Assembly: GCA_016748015.1 (NCBI GenBank)
Contig: JAAOMT010000003.1
Span: 686,373 to 750,372, forward strand
Direction: 5' to 3'
DNA: 64,000 bases
From: Geosiphon pyriformis uo1
Taxonomy: Eukaryota; Fungi; Glomeromycota
Position 1 is the stretch's first letter, and each line of letters begins with the position of its first letter. The position numbers were made by a program, and so were the translations under genes. This document shows, piece by piece, positions 23,599 through 36,924 of the stretch. The notes beneath the pieces were generated by a model. It ran no database searches, was not told where the DNA came from, and was given only the letters and a program-made list of their open reading frames with translations.

Positions 23599-26500
23599 CC
23601 ATCAATCAATTTCCATTTCACCATATAACTAGTATTTAGTAGTTATAGAAAGAAAAGTAAAAGATCAGTTCCAAATTTTTAAGGCAAAACCAAGTATTTG
23701 TAAATTAGAAGTGATTGTTATCACCAATTTCTACATACTAATTAAAAGCCACAAACACATCAAAATTCTCATTCACAATACAATTGGAAACCTTATTAAA
23801 ATACAAAAAAAAACTACTATTAGATACTTAAACACTAAAGTTGAAAACTAACTACCAAGCACTATTTCAGATTTTCTACAACTGTGTGAATATGTAGATA
23901 TTACATCACAAACAATATATGGACAAGAAAAATGCTATTTGTTTTAACCAAAACAATTGAAACAAATAAACTTGGAAAATTTAGATCTACTTTAATATAT
24001 ATAATTCAAAATGCTACTTAACAATTTTACTAATATCTTTGCGAATAAAAATAAATTTAGCAGAACTGACATTATTCAGCACCAGATTAAAACTGAAGAT
24101 ACAATGCCAATTAAACAAAAAGCATATAGAGTGCCACCAACAAGCCATGAAATCATTTGACAAGAAATCAATTAAATGTTAGACAACAGGTTAATTCAAC
24201 TATTAATGAGTCTATGGTCATCACCAGTAGTACTAGTCCAAAAAAAAAATAAGAAAATCTGTTTTTGTTTGGATTACAAAAAACTCAATGGTGTTACTTG
24301 AGGAGACAGCTATTTAATTCTACGAATTTAAGAATTATTTAATGCTTTCAGAGAAAAAAAATAGTTTTCAACATTAGATCTAAACAGTGGTTATTAACAA
24401 GAGCCATGAAATCAAAAGACAAAGAGAAAACTGTATTTACCACCAAAGAAGAAAACTTTAAGTTTGAAGTCATGTCATTTGGCTTAACCAATACACCAGC
24501 CACTTTCCAATAACTTATGGAAATCAGTAGTCATATATTTGGATAATACAAATGTATTCTCAAAAACATTTGATGATTATTTTTATTATTTACAACAGAT
24601 ATTTAAGAAATTAAGAAGAGCTGATTAAAATTGAATATAACCAAATGTTTTTTTGGCAAAACAGAACTAAAATTCTTAGAACATATTATAAACAAAGACA
24701 GTATTAAAACAAATTCAGATAAGATTGAAATAGTAAAGAATTTTCCAATACCAATAAACTTAATAGAACTATAAGCATTCTGAGAATTCACTGAATATTA
24801 TTGCCACTTTATCCAGAACTTTTTTAAACTGGCTCAATTACTTTACCAACTCCAAACTAAAAATGTAAAATATGAATAGACTAAAACTTAACAAGAAGCT
24901 TTTAACATTCTAAAAAGAAAGCTCATTTAAGCACCAGTATTGATCTATCCAGATTACAGCAAGCCATTTATTATTATCACCAATACATCTAATCAAGCAT
25001 TGAGAGCCATATTATTTCAAAGAAAACCAGATGGACAAAAACATTCTATAGCATATGCCAGCTGAAGTTTGCATTCAGCAGAAAAAAATTATAGAATATC
25101 AGCATTAGAACACTTAGCTTTATTGGACAGTTATGAAATGGAAAGAGTATTTAAGCCAGAAGTTTGAAGTATATACTGATCACAAAGAATTAACATTAAT
25201 CCAGAAGCAAAAATTTGGAGATGACTGTTATGTCAGATGAAAAATAAAACTTTCACCATTCAAATATATTGTATATTATAAAAAGGGAAAAAAAATGGAA
25301 ATGCTGATGGGTTGTTACAAATGAGACAAATCTAAGAACATTTTAACTCAAAAATATAACAAAAGATGAACACACAAAAATATTAAAAACTCCAATATTA
25401 TATTAATACCTAGCAATTCAAGAAGAAATTATCTCAAAAAGAATAAAACAACATAAAACAACAATCAAAATATTTTATTATTAACCAAAATATATTATAT
25501 CAAAAAAACAAAAAGGATCCAAATTAACTATTCAGAGTAATTACAGAGCCAGAGAAAAAAACAATACTATACAACATATACTCAGATCCAACAGCAGAAT
25601 ATTTTTGTAAAAAAAACAACTATAGAAAGAACCAGAAAGAAATATTACTGGCCATCAATGTTCCAGACATTATTTAATATGTTCAAAATTGTGATGCTTG
25701 TTAAAAAAGAGAAGAAACAAGACCCAGCAAACCATTAAGACCAATTAAAGTAGAACAATTATTTAATAGAATTGGAATTAATTTAATTAGACCATTAACA
25801 ATAACCAGCAGAGACAATTATTATATAGCAGTAGCCATAAACTATCTCACCAAATGGCCAGAGGCAAAAGCAATTCAAAGAGCAAATACAGAATCCATAG
25901 CCAAATTTGTTCACCAAGATTTAATTTGTTGGCATAGATGTTCAAAAAAATTGTTATCAGATCAAGGAACTCACTTTGTAAACAGAACATTAGCAGAATT
26001 AAGCCAAAAATTTAAAATCAAGAGACCATTATTATTACCATATCATTCATAAACAAATGGTTTAGTTGAAAAGTTCAACAGAACATTGTGTAAAACAATC
26101 ACCAAAATCAGCCAAAAAAACCAGAATAAATAAAATTTGTTTATATTATTAGTACTATTTGCTTATTGAACAATGAAACAAGATACTATACAAGCAACAC
26201 TATTTGAACTTGTTTATAGTAGAACAGCAATATTACTAGTTGAAATAAAAGTCAATATATATTTAACTGAACTAATAAATAAAGTCAATTTTCAAAAAAC
26301 ATTGCTAAGAAGAATGTACAAACAAATAAAAACATTAGAAAATAAAAGATGAAAAGCAGCTAATAACATTTAAAGATCACAAAAAAAACAAAAAAAATAA
26401 CATAATAACCAATTACCAGATAAATCAGTTGAATTCAGGATTGGAAACAAAGTACTCTTATATTATACCAAAGCAAAAAAACAATGGAGTGGAAAATTTG

Positions 26501-27599
26501 ATTTCAAATAAGATGGACTATTTTACATTGAAGAAATTCTAGAAAATAGAGCTTACAAACTAAGATAGAACAACAAAATCTTAGCTAAAGCAGTACATAG
26601 AGATCAATTAAAATTATACCACAATATACTATTATCATCTACTAATAATATTTCACAACTAGGAATACAATAAATATTAATACAACCAGATAAGATTCCA
26701 TGAGATCTGGAATCAATTATAGTCATCAATATAAACATGTTAAATTGATCAAACAGAATAGTATATAAAGACATGGTAAACATAACCAAAAGCAACAATA
26801 AAAGATAAAAATTATCAATGACATCTATTCATTTGTACAACAACTATACCAATTGACTTAATAAACAAGCCTGAAAATTATTATTAACCAACAAATTATT
26901 TAATACAAAGATAATCAAAAAAAATCCAATGTAATATACACAGAAAATTGGAAAACACTATAGATAAGATAATAACAAAAGTAAAGTTGTCAATAGAAAC
27001 ACCAAAAACAACTGTACTATATTAAAAAGTAACCAAAAAAACTTGAAATTGGTAATTACAACAATATCCAAAAAACTTTTGCTATTACCACTTGGAACAG
27101 ATTCTCAATATTCAGAATTTATATACTAATAAGACAAAATGGATATTTAATACAACAATACTATAACAACTAGAACAATTTGTAGGGAAAAACAATCTGT
27201 TCACACAAGCACAAACTATATATTGACTACATACAGAATTTCAAGATTGACCAAATTATAAAACATATTTTATTAATATATTTTAATATTATTAAAAATA
27301 TTATTATTTACAATAAATTTAAAATAAATTAACTTAAATAATTATTGTTATGACCAATAATATAAAAAACTTAATAAATAAAATTTACAATTTTTTTTAT
27401 AATTAATAAAATCATTATTTGAGTTAAAATTTTAATTATAAATATATATTTTAATATTAAGCTTTTATTAAAAATAATTTATTCTTAAAATTTATGTTAA
27501 TTTAAATTAAAAAATTTATATTAGAATATTTGTTATTTGTAATATTTTTAATAATTAAGTTTTTAAAAAAACAATATTTAAAACATATATAATATTAAA

Positions 27600-28370
27600 T
27601 CTTATTAAAATATTTAAAAAATTAAATAATAAAAAACACAATTTTTTGAATTAAATAGTTTTTTATAAATAAAGTAATAATATTATTATTAAAATATAAA
27701 TTAATTACTATAATAATATGTTTTATCAAGTTTTTAGTAATTGATATTATTATAAAAAAATTAGTAAAGTTAATTGTATTCAAAAACATTATATAAAAAA
27801 TATTATTATAACAATAATATTAATATAAAAAAAATAAACAAATATTAATAACTTTTTTCTTAAAAACTGCAAAAAAAAGAAATACAATTATATAAGGTAT
27901 TATTAATTATCATAATATATGAGAATTAAATATAAAAATTTTTTAAAAAGATTTATTATTTGATATTAAAAAGCTGTTTTTTAAGAATATGTACAAGCTT
28001 AATACAAAATTGGTGGATTTTTTAATTCTGGTCATAATATTTCATAAAATAAAATTGTTGTAGTAAAATATTTCTAAAAAGCCACTAATCAAAAACATTT
28101 TAAAGCTTGTTACATGCTTGAATTTTGTTATGATAATGAAATTAACGTTGAAAATAACAATAAAATGAGACACAAATAATACCAAATAGCTAAATTGGCT
28201 GTAATACATTAGGATTTAACAAAAAAATTATATTATGTGCTTGTTATATATAATCAAAAAAGTTGGAATGTTATTAGAGACACTTATAAAGCATTAAAAT
28301 ATATTTGTATTCAATCAAAAGACAAGAAGATAATGCTGTTATAAAGCTAAAAATTATTTTTCAATTGTAT
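27600..28370 (+). pseudogene. hypermutated Sel1-like repeat protein gene
   Basis: The frame from 27961 reads *Y*KAVF*EYVQA*YKIGGFFNSGHNIS*NKIVVVKYF*KATNQKHFKACYMLEFCYDNEINV. Reverting transitions gives the Sel1 consensus WYQKAA.QG..AQY.IG..Y..G.GV. The 5' limit is uncertain. Confidence 0.65.
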
Positions 28371-28782
28371 GAAAAACTTTAGAGATTTTATTCTTAATTG
28401 TAATTTTAATAAATGACTTCGGAAAATTTAAGACTTATTTTAAAAATACATTCAACAAATGAGCACACAATAAAGTTAATAGTAAAATTAAAAATTATGG
28501 AAAATCCTAATTTCTCGAGCTTTTTTCCAAGATGTTTAAATTCTATTGAACAATTTATGTCCCCAAAAATAAAAAACTTATATAGAATAATGAAAGAAAT
28601 TATTCTTTTATTACTACTATCATGAAAATGAAATACATCTAGACTATCTACATAGTTTTTATAAATTAGTGCCAACATGTGTCTATTATTAGAGGGAATT
28701 CGAAAATGAGAATATTCCCGGTTTAGATAAAAAATAACACTTTTTTCTCATCTCGGAAATAAGTGGAATAAGATTTTAGCGC

Positions 28783-29929
28783 TTAGGATTCAAAATAAGG
28801 GCCCATATGGGCGGTCATTTTCAGTTGAAGTATTGGAATCGAATTTGAATATTTCTAGATTTAAAAAGTTCCGAGAAAAAAAGTTAAATAACAAGAATTT
28901 AAACTCAATTTTGTCAAAAAAGCTTTCACAAAACATACCGAGCTTTCGGTGCCATCACAATATATGGTGCTGGTATTAAATGTCTTCAAGTCATTTTTGA
29001 TCCAATATTCCCCTGATGAATGCTGATATCCAAACAAGCGAGAGGGGATGTGTGTTAAGAGATCACTAGTGTGCGTAATGCGGTTTACCGAGATTTGACT
29101 ATCAATATATTTAGCCAAAACGTTGTTGTCGATACGAGGTTGGCCATAAGTGTAAATGAAAAAGTTTTGATTGGATACTAGAGATGGGATTTGGTTTTTC
29201 AGGTCCAATGCGAATATCACAGATAATGCTAGAGAAATAATGAAATTAAGGCAATTAAAAAAAGGAAACTAATAAAATTCAGAAAATTTGGTTTTATATG
29301 ACATCACTTACCACCACCCAAGCTACGTCCGGCTACACGAACACTGAATGAAAGATAAGTTTTTATCAAGCTCTGTACTTGCTCCACGACATCTTCATTA
29401 AGCGATTGATAAGCTTCCAAGAATCCTCGATGGATTTTTGCATTTGAAGCTAAAGGGTAATCCACAAACAAGAATTTGACATCGGTGCAAAGATCTTTGA
29501 GGTTAGTTGGATCAGTACCTCAGAAGCTAATGATATTCTTTTGTTGTTTATGCACTCCAACAAAGGCTTCATTATAAATTAATCAAATTTAGAATAATGT
29601 TTGAATGGACATTTCAATTCCAATTAAAAAAAGCAATAGCTCACCTTGAGTCCCACGCTTTGCATCGAAAGTGGCTACCAGAAAGAGCATCACAATCCTC
29701 ATCACAATCCTCACCACAATCCCAATTACGAACACCATCAAAATTACAATAAGCTGCACGAGAATAATGGGCAAATTTGGTAAAATCATTGAATAGTTGA
29801 TTAGAGAAAGTTTGCGATGTTTCCAAATTTCGTTTATTGGGAAATGGTACAGCATCAGCAATATTATGGCAAATAATAGAAGCGACACAAAAGGAAGTTA
29901 TCAAGGTAGCAAGCGAAAATTTGGAGCAT
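28783..29929 (-). pseudogene. secreted class 3 lipase, pseudogene
   Basis: Signal-like N-terminus, YSRAAYC, SF*GT (FRGT with TGA), IHRGF, GRSLGG (GHSLG), YTYGQPRIDN, HTSDLLTHIP, YQHSSGEYWI, AHMGPYF. Frameshifts near the start and after CDA. Confidence 0.8.
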
Positions 29930-29959
29930 TTATTTCGTCTTGAGGATGTGATGTAAAGC

Positions 29960-32900
29960 CTAGTCAACGTCACCGATATTATTCGAATCATCCCCTAAGT
30001 ACTCTTCTTTGATTAAACCATCTAAAAGTTCAGCTTCTAATTGAGCAGCTAAGAAATCATCATCATAATCATCATCATCATAATCATCCTCATCCTCTTC
30101 TCCCCCTACCTCTGGTCTTTCATTAAGACCATCTGTTTGATGATTTGTGTCGTTTTCACGAAAATCATCCTGTTCCCTATATACTGAATCACTTTCATTT
30201 TCGAAATCTTCATTATCATCGTCACTTCCAATTTCACCATCAATGATTTCACACCCTTGAAGATTGCTAGAGGACAAGTTCAGTTGACCCAAGTAACTAT
30301 CATCCTCATAAGTGGTTTCTTTAACCTCAAATACTCTGCTTCTTCTCTCAGATACAGGTATCTTCTTACGATTCATATCTGGTTTTCCATCATCTTCAGG
30401 GTAAGAAGAGTGTCTTAAAGGTGACTGTTTGAATCTTTTATATTCCCTGCTATTATCTGGACTCAACAGATTCATTCCGATGCGTTTCAAGGGTTTTGAA
30501 CCACTATAAATTGAACCAATAACTTAAGTTAAAAGCGAGTTATTTTGTTTATTTGATACACAGGAACAGCGATATGGTCAAGCAATACCTTTCGCTTCCA
30601 CTTTCTGCCTCGCTATCATCCCATGTGCTTGTATCGCCTGATTCACCTATAACTTCATCAACCTCGTGCATTGCGTTTCCCCAATCAACTTTGTAAAAGT
30701 TTTCTGTTACCTCTGATTTGACTTGAGGCTCTTCTGCTTCCGTTTCTTCGGCTCCAGGGGTTGCACCCTCATTCTTTTCAAATTCTGATGCTACTAAATT
30801 ACCATCAGGTGAAGAATTCATATTGGTTTCCTCAAAAAAATAAAGCTCTTCTGGTTGTCTTTCCCATTTCTTGATTGAATCAATTAGCCTAAATAAAAAT
30901 GGAATAAAGGTTTAAGATATTAGTTTTTATTTCTATAATTTTGTGATAAAAATAAGGATAGTTATGATTCATATGATATACCATTCCTTGCTCACTATAA
31001 AAATATTTGGTCTGCGTCGAGCAGCTTTGACTTTTTCCGTTCCTTTCTGTGATATATATTTGAATAGAGGAATAGATTTGAATAGTCAAAAATGAAAATT
31101 TGATAACTTACTTCTCCCGCTACAAGATGAGTAACATAACTATTCAAACTTTCGGAACATTGTGCCCCAAAGCTTATAGCCAAATTCCAAATATCTGAAC
31201 TAAAAAAAAAGTAAAATTATCATTCGGCTCGACTTTGGAATATAATCAGATCCAAGATCAGTCATTTAAACCTGACCTCTGTTTTGGCTGATTAGTCGGT
31301 ATTACATGCGTGAAAAGGATGTGGACGCCTTTCAATACTTTCTCTTTCATTCGAGGTATTAAGAGCTGAGTGAAATTATTCATATAAAAGATGTGAGCGG
31401 TATTGGAAACCAGCAACATCGTTAATTAAATGAACAAACCGCCACATCTGCCATTCCATTTTCTTGATCAAACATGGCAAAGTATTGCTGATGAATCTCT
31501 TTCAAAATCTGAAATTTTCCAATTCAATTGAGCTTTAGAAATATTCAATTTTAAAAGAAAGCAGTCAGAAACTATTGGGCTCACCGTTAACAATTTCAAT
31601 AATTCTGTGTCATCATCAACAAGAACTGGTTTCTCACGATCATGAGTTGGCTTTTGTTCTAATTGTGCCAAGGGCCGATCATGGACTTGTTTCTCAATCT
31701 CCTCAACTTGTTCCTTTTGCTGTATGGCACGAGTGAGATCATCGATTTTGTCCGTTTCTTCTGCAATTTTAGATTTTTAATGCATTCCGTTTTTAATCAT
31801 CATCTGTTGAACTCCAAAAATAAAATCAGCAGATTGAACTATTAAAATTAATTTACCTAGATTTGCTTTCGAGCCGTTCTGTTGCAATTGTTCCTCAAAT
31901 TCGGAAACGGGTGAAGCTAAATCAAAACCATCAGCTTTAGTTATTGTGATTGCTGGTATCGATTCTTTTGCAATGTTTTTTATGCTTTCAGTTTCGGATG
32001 GCTTTGTTTTGGAGGACGCTATCGTAGACTGATTTGAAAAAAAAATTGTTGTCAAAATTCTCAAATTCAAACAAAAATCCGTCGAAAAATACTTACCATT
32101 TTTGGTAAAAAAGAGGCGTTGATATCCCCTATTCCAACAAAAAAGTCATCTAAATGGAAATGTAATTAAATTACCTATTTTCTATGAACTTTCAATTAGA
32201 AGTTGCCGAACCTACATGGCTGTACTTTGATTACATTTGGGGCCCATTGCCACACGTCAGCCCGATCATCGATTACCACAACCATGGAGTCATCACAGGG
32301 AAAAAGACGGCGAATATTTTTCTGCGTCATACCTGCAATTTCAGGAAAATTATTGATTGCTATAAATTTATCATTAAGAAATCAGAATTTATGATCGACA
32401 TACTCCCATTCTCATCGCGTGATAATATCCGCTCGCTGAATATTTCTTGTTTCGGATCAATGATATTTGCAACGGCTGACGCGTAATTTCTGGTCCCCAT
32501 AGTGTATATATGAAGTTCGAAAAAATTGGAAACTTCTTTCAAAAATTGAGCTGTATCGGGCCTTGAAAATTAAATATTCAATGCGGATTAATAATGAATT
32601 AATTAAAATAATTGATGTATTTTCATATTTCAAGAAATTAAAGAAACTACGTATAATTTTCTATTAACCTTATTTTCATATAAAAAACCGTTGGATGATC
32701 TGGCAATACAAATTTCCTAATATCCTAATGAAATATTGCGAGAATATTGGAATAGATATCCACATGAAAATAAGAAAGAGTGCCCATTTAAAACAGATAA
32801 AAATCTTTTACCTTAGTAGCTGGATGATTCGGGTTATCGCTATCCATCATCCATTTCTCAACAGTTGGATCGACAGTAGTGTGAATAATTGTTTGATCCA

Positions 32901-33665
32901 AATCCACAATCAAAGAAAGCTTTCTGCATTTTTGAAGTCGCTCAGCTGTTTGATGCTCCAATCGTTGAGCCTCCTATTTATAAGAACGAAAAGCAATCTA
33001 AGTTATGGACAAAAAAGAATAATAATGATAAGAGGATAAAGACTTACAGCTTGGCTTACAGTTAACCCAGCAACGCTATGGGCCATATTTATAGTGGCCC
33101 GCTGTGTATCATTTATACCAGTAAAGTCCGTACTGTTTTTGAAGGATTTGGGTTAAACGATAATTGAGAAAAGTACTAAGTACGTTACGAAAGCAAAATT
33201 GCATATATGTGAAGCGTTCGTACATAGTGAGATCCTTTCCACATAAAGCACAAAGGCCTTTGAGTTGAACAGCGTGAGAACATGGCTCTTCTACGAGTAA
33301 GGTTGCTTGCCTTTGATTAAATCGAATAAAAAATGTAAAATAATTAGTTAAAGTACTGGAAATTTTCTCCCGATAAGATTACATTTTTACCTCCACCCTG
33401 TTACCACTTGGTCTTCTTTGACGAGTATTTTAGTAACTTTGCCAACAGCAGGGCATTTTAGCTCCTCAAATACAGGAATAGGAGTAGGCATTATTAAAGG
33501 AAGGCCGGTTTTTTCGTCCTCAAGCGTTACATTTTTGGACCCCATGTATTGATATCGGAAAAGTGACTGCCTTTTGTGAACCGTCTCACCCTCACTGACA
33601 AAAACTTTGTGAATAGTCGCTGGCAAATGGTTTTTCGGTATTCTGACTTCATATGAACCCTCCAT
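29960..33665 (-). CDS. FCP1: RNA polymerase II CTD phosphatase Fcp1, multi-exon
   Basis: N-terminal barrel domain, CSHAVQLKGLCALCGKDL, LSLIVDLDQTIIH (DxDxT), FELHIYTMGTRNYA...RILSRDE, FPCDDSMVVVIDDRADVW, BRCT (THLVA), acidic tail. Confidence 0.95.
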
Positions 33666-33995
33666 TGACTTGTTTAGGAATGACTTTTACAAGGATTCTT
33701 TATAAAATTTTGAATTTTTATATATTGGTACTCTTTTATTTTGAGGTGTAAAAGGCAAAACGTGAATAATCTATCAAGGAAAAAGCTTAATTCAGACGGA
33801 TAAAGCGGGAAATTAGACAAGATACTTTTGAGAGAGTTTGACATTGGGAATTTTGAGAAGTCCAAATGCTTGTTTATAGTTTATATATCAGCCGAGTCAA
33901 ATCACGTTTTTATGCCAATAACAGATGATCCTTGGAAATATTGTCTTGAATCTCAAATTTCTTCCGCTGGAAAAAACGATAATTTTGTCTCAACT
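33666..33995. promoter_or_regulatory. probable bidirectional promoter FCP1/MRPL27
   Basis: 330 bp between divergent ATGs; no specific site identified. Confidence 0.5.
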
Positions 33996-34549
33996 ATGGT
34001 CTCCATATCAGCAGTGGTCAGAGGGGCTAAGAGACTGCCAATGACCTCAAAACAAGGACACAATTATTATAAGGGCAAGCTGGAATTAGTTTTTAAATCA
34101 AAACTCATTATTGTCTTTATAATCATCTTTGCTACACTTTAGGTAATAGATCGGGTGCCATGGGATGGCATAAAAAAGGTAAACTTTTTGTTTTATTGGA
34201 TTTTGCAAACAATAGCACTCGCTGAATATGCGCAAAATATTTTATCAAAGGGGGCTATGAAATTGATCCTCTAAGAGTGCGAACATTCGTAGTTCCTCCT
34301 GAATTGGATACTTGTGAGGTATTGAAAAAATTACACTTTTCCTATTCAACATTTAACTTCTAAAGCTCACTCTTATTTGAATTTTGCATATCTCAGCTCA
34401 AGCCTTATGTTTCACCTAAGACACCAAAGTGGAGGTATGACATGACACCAGTGAAATACATTAATTTGGTTAGAAAAAAAGACAACCTTATCCAAAAACA
34501 TGTTAAAAATCATGAATCAAATCAGAACGGTCAATCACATCAATCATGA
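33996..34549 (+). CDS. MRPL27: mitochondrial ribosomal protein mL41 (yeast MrpL27), 4 exons
   Basis: MVSISAVVRGAKRLPMTSKQGHNYYKGNRSGAMGWHKKGGYEIDPLRVRTFVVPPELDTCELKPYVS. First intron 34075-34142 is GC-AG. Confidence 0.92.
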
Positions 34550-36006
34550 AATTTATCAAACCCACAAAAATATGATTCAAAGAAAAAGTAAAATAGGATT
34601 CTTTTTAAAATATTATTACAATTAATTTTTTCATTAATGTATTTTTTGTACAATCAAGACAAATAACAACAAATTTAAATTTACTTAAATGAAATTATAT
34701 ATATATAAAGATACAATTAATTTTTTAATTTTAATAATATATATAGTGTTTTGCAAAAAGTGGTAAATATTTGCTTATTTTTGTTTGATTATATTTATAA
34801 AAATATTTACATTTTTGTAATTAACATTTAAAAACACACTATATTAATTTACATTATTTTCATAATAAACCATTTAATAAGCTTAAAATAACATATCTAA
34901 AAACCAAATAATTAAAATTTTAACATTTATAATAATATTTATAATTAAGATTTTTTGTTAAATTTATTTTTTTAAATATTAATTTTAAAAATTGCAATAT
35001 TAAATTTGAAAATTATAAATATATATTTTTAAAAATAATTTGAATTATTAAATACATAATTTTTTAAATTTTAAAAATTTATATTGTTAAAAATCTGGTT
35101 AATTTTTATTATTACAATATATATTTAAAATTTAATAAATAATAAATAAATACTTTAAACTTATTTTTTACACTTAAATATAATAAACAAATATTATTTT
35201 TAATAATTGTTAATAATAAAAAGTTTTAGTAAATTAATTGAAAATATTTTAAAAATACTTGGTTTTTTATTATTATTATTATTATTTTATAAGTAAAATT
35301 TAATTGTTACTTAGTATATAAAATTAAACTAATATATAATTCATATTCTTATTATATGTAACCAATTACTTAACCCAAACAAAACTATATTATACATTTA
35401 TATAAACTTTAACCTTATTATTCAATCTTGAAAAAAAAACACAGTTTGTACTTATTAAAATTAATTATAAAAAATTTAATTACATTTAACATATATATTA
35501 TGCTATTTGAAAGTTTAATTACTATTTCATATAACAAACCAAATATCAAATTACTATCTTTAATCAGTTTGGCTTTTTTTATATCTGCTTATATTTTAAT
35601 TTAACAAGTTAAATCTTTAAATAATATAATTTAACCAGATATTTTATGAAATTTACCATAACTAATATAGTTTTTTTTTATTTTTTAAGATTTTAGCTAC
35701 TTTTAAAAACTAATTTTTAAGCATAAATCTTTAAAAACCACAATATACAGACTTATATTTAATAAACATAAAGAAACAGTATACAAAATAGCAGAAAAAA
35801 CATAAATACAAGTACTTACTAATAATATTTACTATTTAAAAAGTTTTCTTAATATTTTTTATAAATATTATTATTTTTTAAACAAATAAACACATAATTT
35901 GGCAGTTTTACTTTATTGTATAGCAAAGACAAAATACTTGAATAAGCTCTATTATATAATTTTTTTCTAATTAGAACTAAAAGTCTTTTATGTACAGTTT
36001 TTATGT

Positions 36007-36924
36007 TATTACTCATAAAAATTTAAGAATTCTTAATAAGAATATAAAATAGCCAATTAGAGATAAACATAGTAAGAAAAAAAATTCAGGATTTCTCTTA
36101 AAGAATTTCAAAATTCTTTTCAAAGAATTACAGAATTTCAAGAATATTAGAATTCCTTTTAAAGAATTATAAGATTCTAAAAATTCCAGGATTTCTGAAT
36201 AGAAGAATTAAAAAAATTCAAAAAATCTCATATAACATTAATTATATATATATAGCAAGAGTATTAGAAACAAAAAAGACAGATTGAAGTCAAGAATTTA
36301 GTTTAGAATCAATTAATTATTTAATATCTCTTTTTTTAAACATAGTTTTCTATAACTTGAAATGAAATCAAATCATATATCAATAAAATATCAATTATTA
36401 TCTGAATTTATATTATTGTTGTTTGAGTAAAGAATATTAAAATTGCTTTTATTCTATTAATACTTAACTATACTAGACCAATAGTTCATAATTACAGTTA
36501 TTGACAAAATATTAATTTCTTATTTTTTTTTTTCTTTTTCTTTTATTTCTTTTATTTTTATTTATTTATTTTTTGTTTGTTTTATTGTTTTACTAACTAA
36601 TTAATAAGATTAAGTATTGAGTATTTTGATATCAAAAATAGTCTGGTAAAAGATCCAGAAATAAGAATAGAAATTTGAGAATAGCTTACCAAAAGAGCAT
36701 AACTGTTAAAATAAATTGGCCACTATGCTAAAGAAAAAAATTCATGGAATAAACTTCTGAAAGAATATTAAAACAACCATTAAATCTCTGTTTATTATAC
36801 AAAAGACTTAACTAAAACCTTCAGATCATGAAAACTTTCAGATATTACCAACAATCACCAGCTATTAGGCACCAAATTATGAATTTGTTATTTGTATTAA
36901 CATCACAAATAATTATCTATAATA
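36007..36924 (+). repeat. solo LTR family B
   Basis: Homologous to 6834-7548; TSD ATGT/ATAT. Confidence 0.85.

Larger units (their letters stand above)
6834..27250 (+). mobile_element. Ty3/gypsy family B element, decayed, 3' LTR not seen; host of nested insertions
   Basis: 5' LTR 6834-7548 and PBS-like TTTAGTGCTTCC. Gag from 7611 resumes at 17052. Protease LILNNRS (=LILDSGS) ~18935; Cys-rich ~19520-19800 and ~20850; dUTPase ~21190-21550; RT ~24050-24900; RNase H to 25335; integrase 25366-26748. Confidence 0.85.

Noticed and set aside
28406-28678. Short ORFs in AT-rich or antisense frames (also 1814-2110, 10449-10790, 37220-37411, 49470-49688, 50608-50844)
   Set aside because: Low-complexity I/L/N/K/F translations or shadows of real frames; no motifs.
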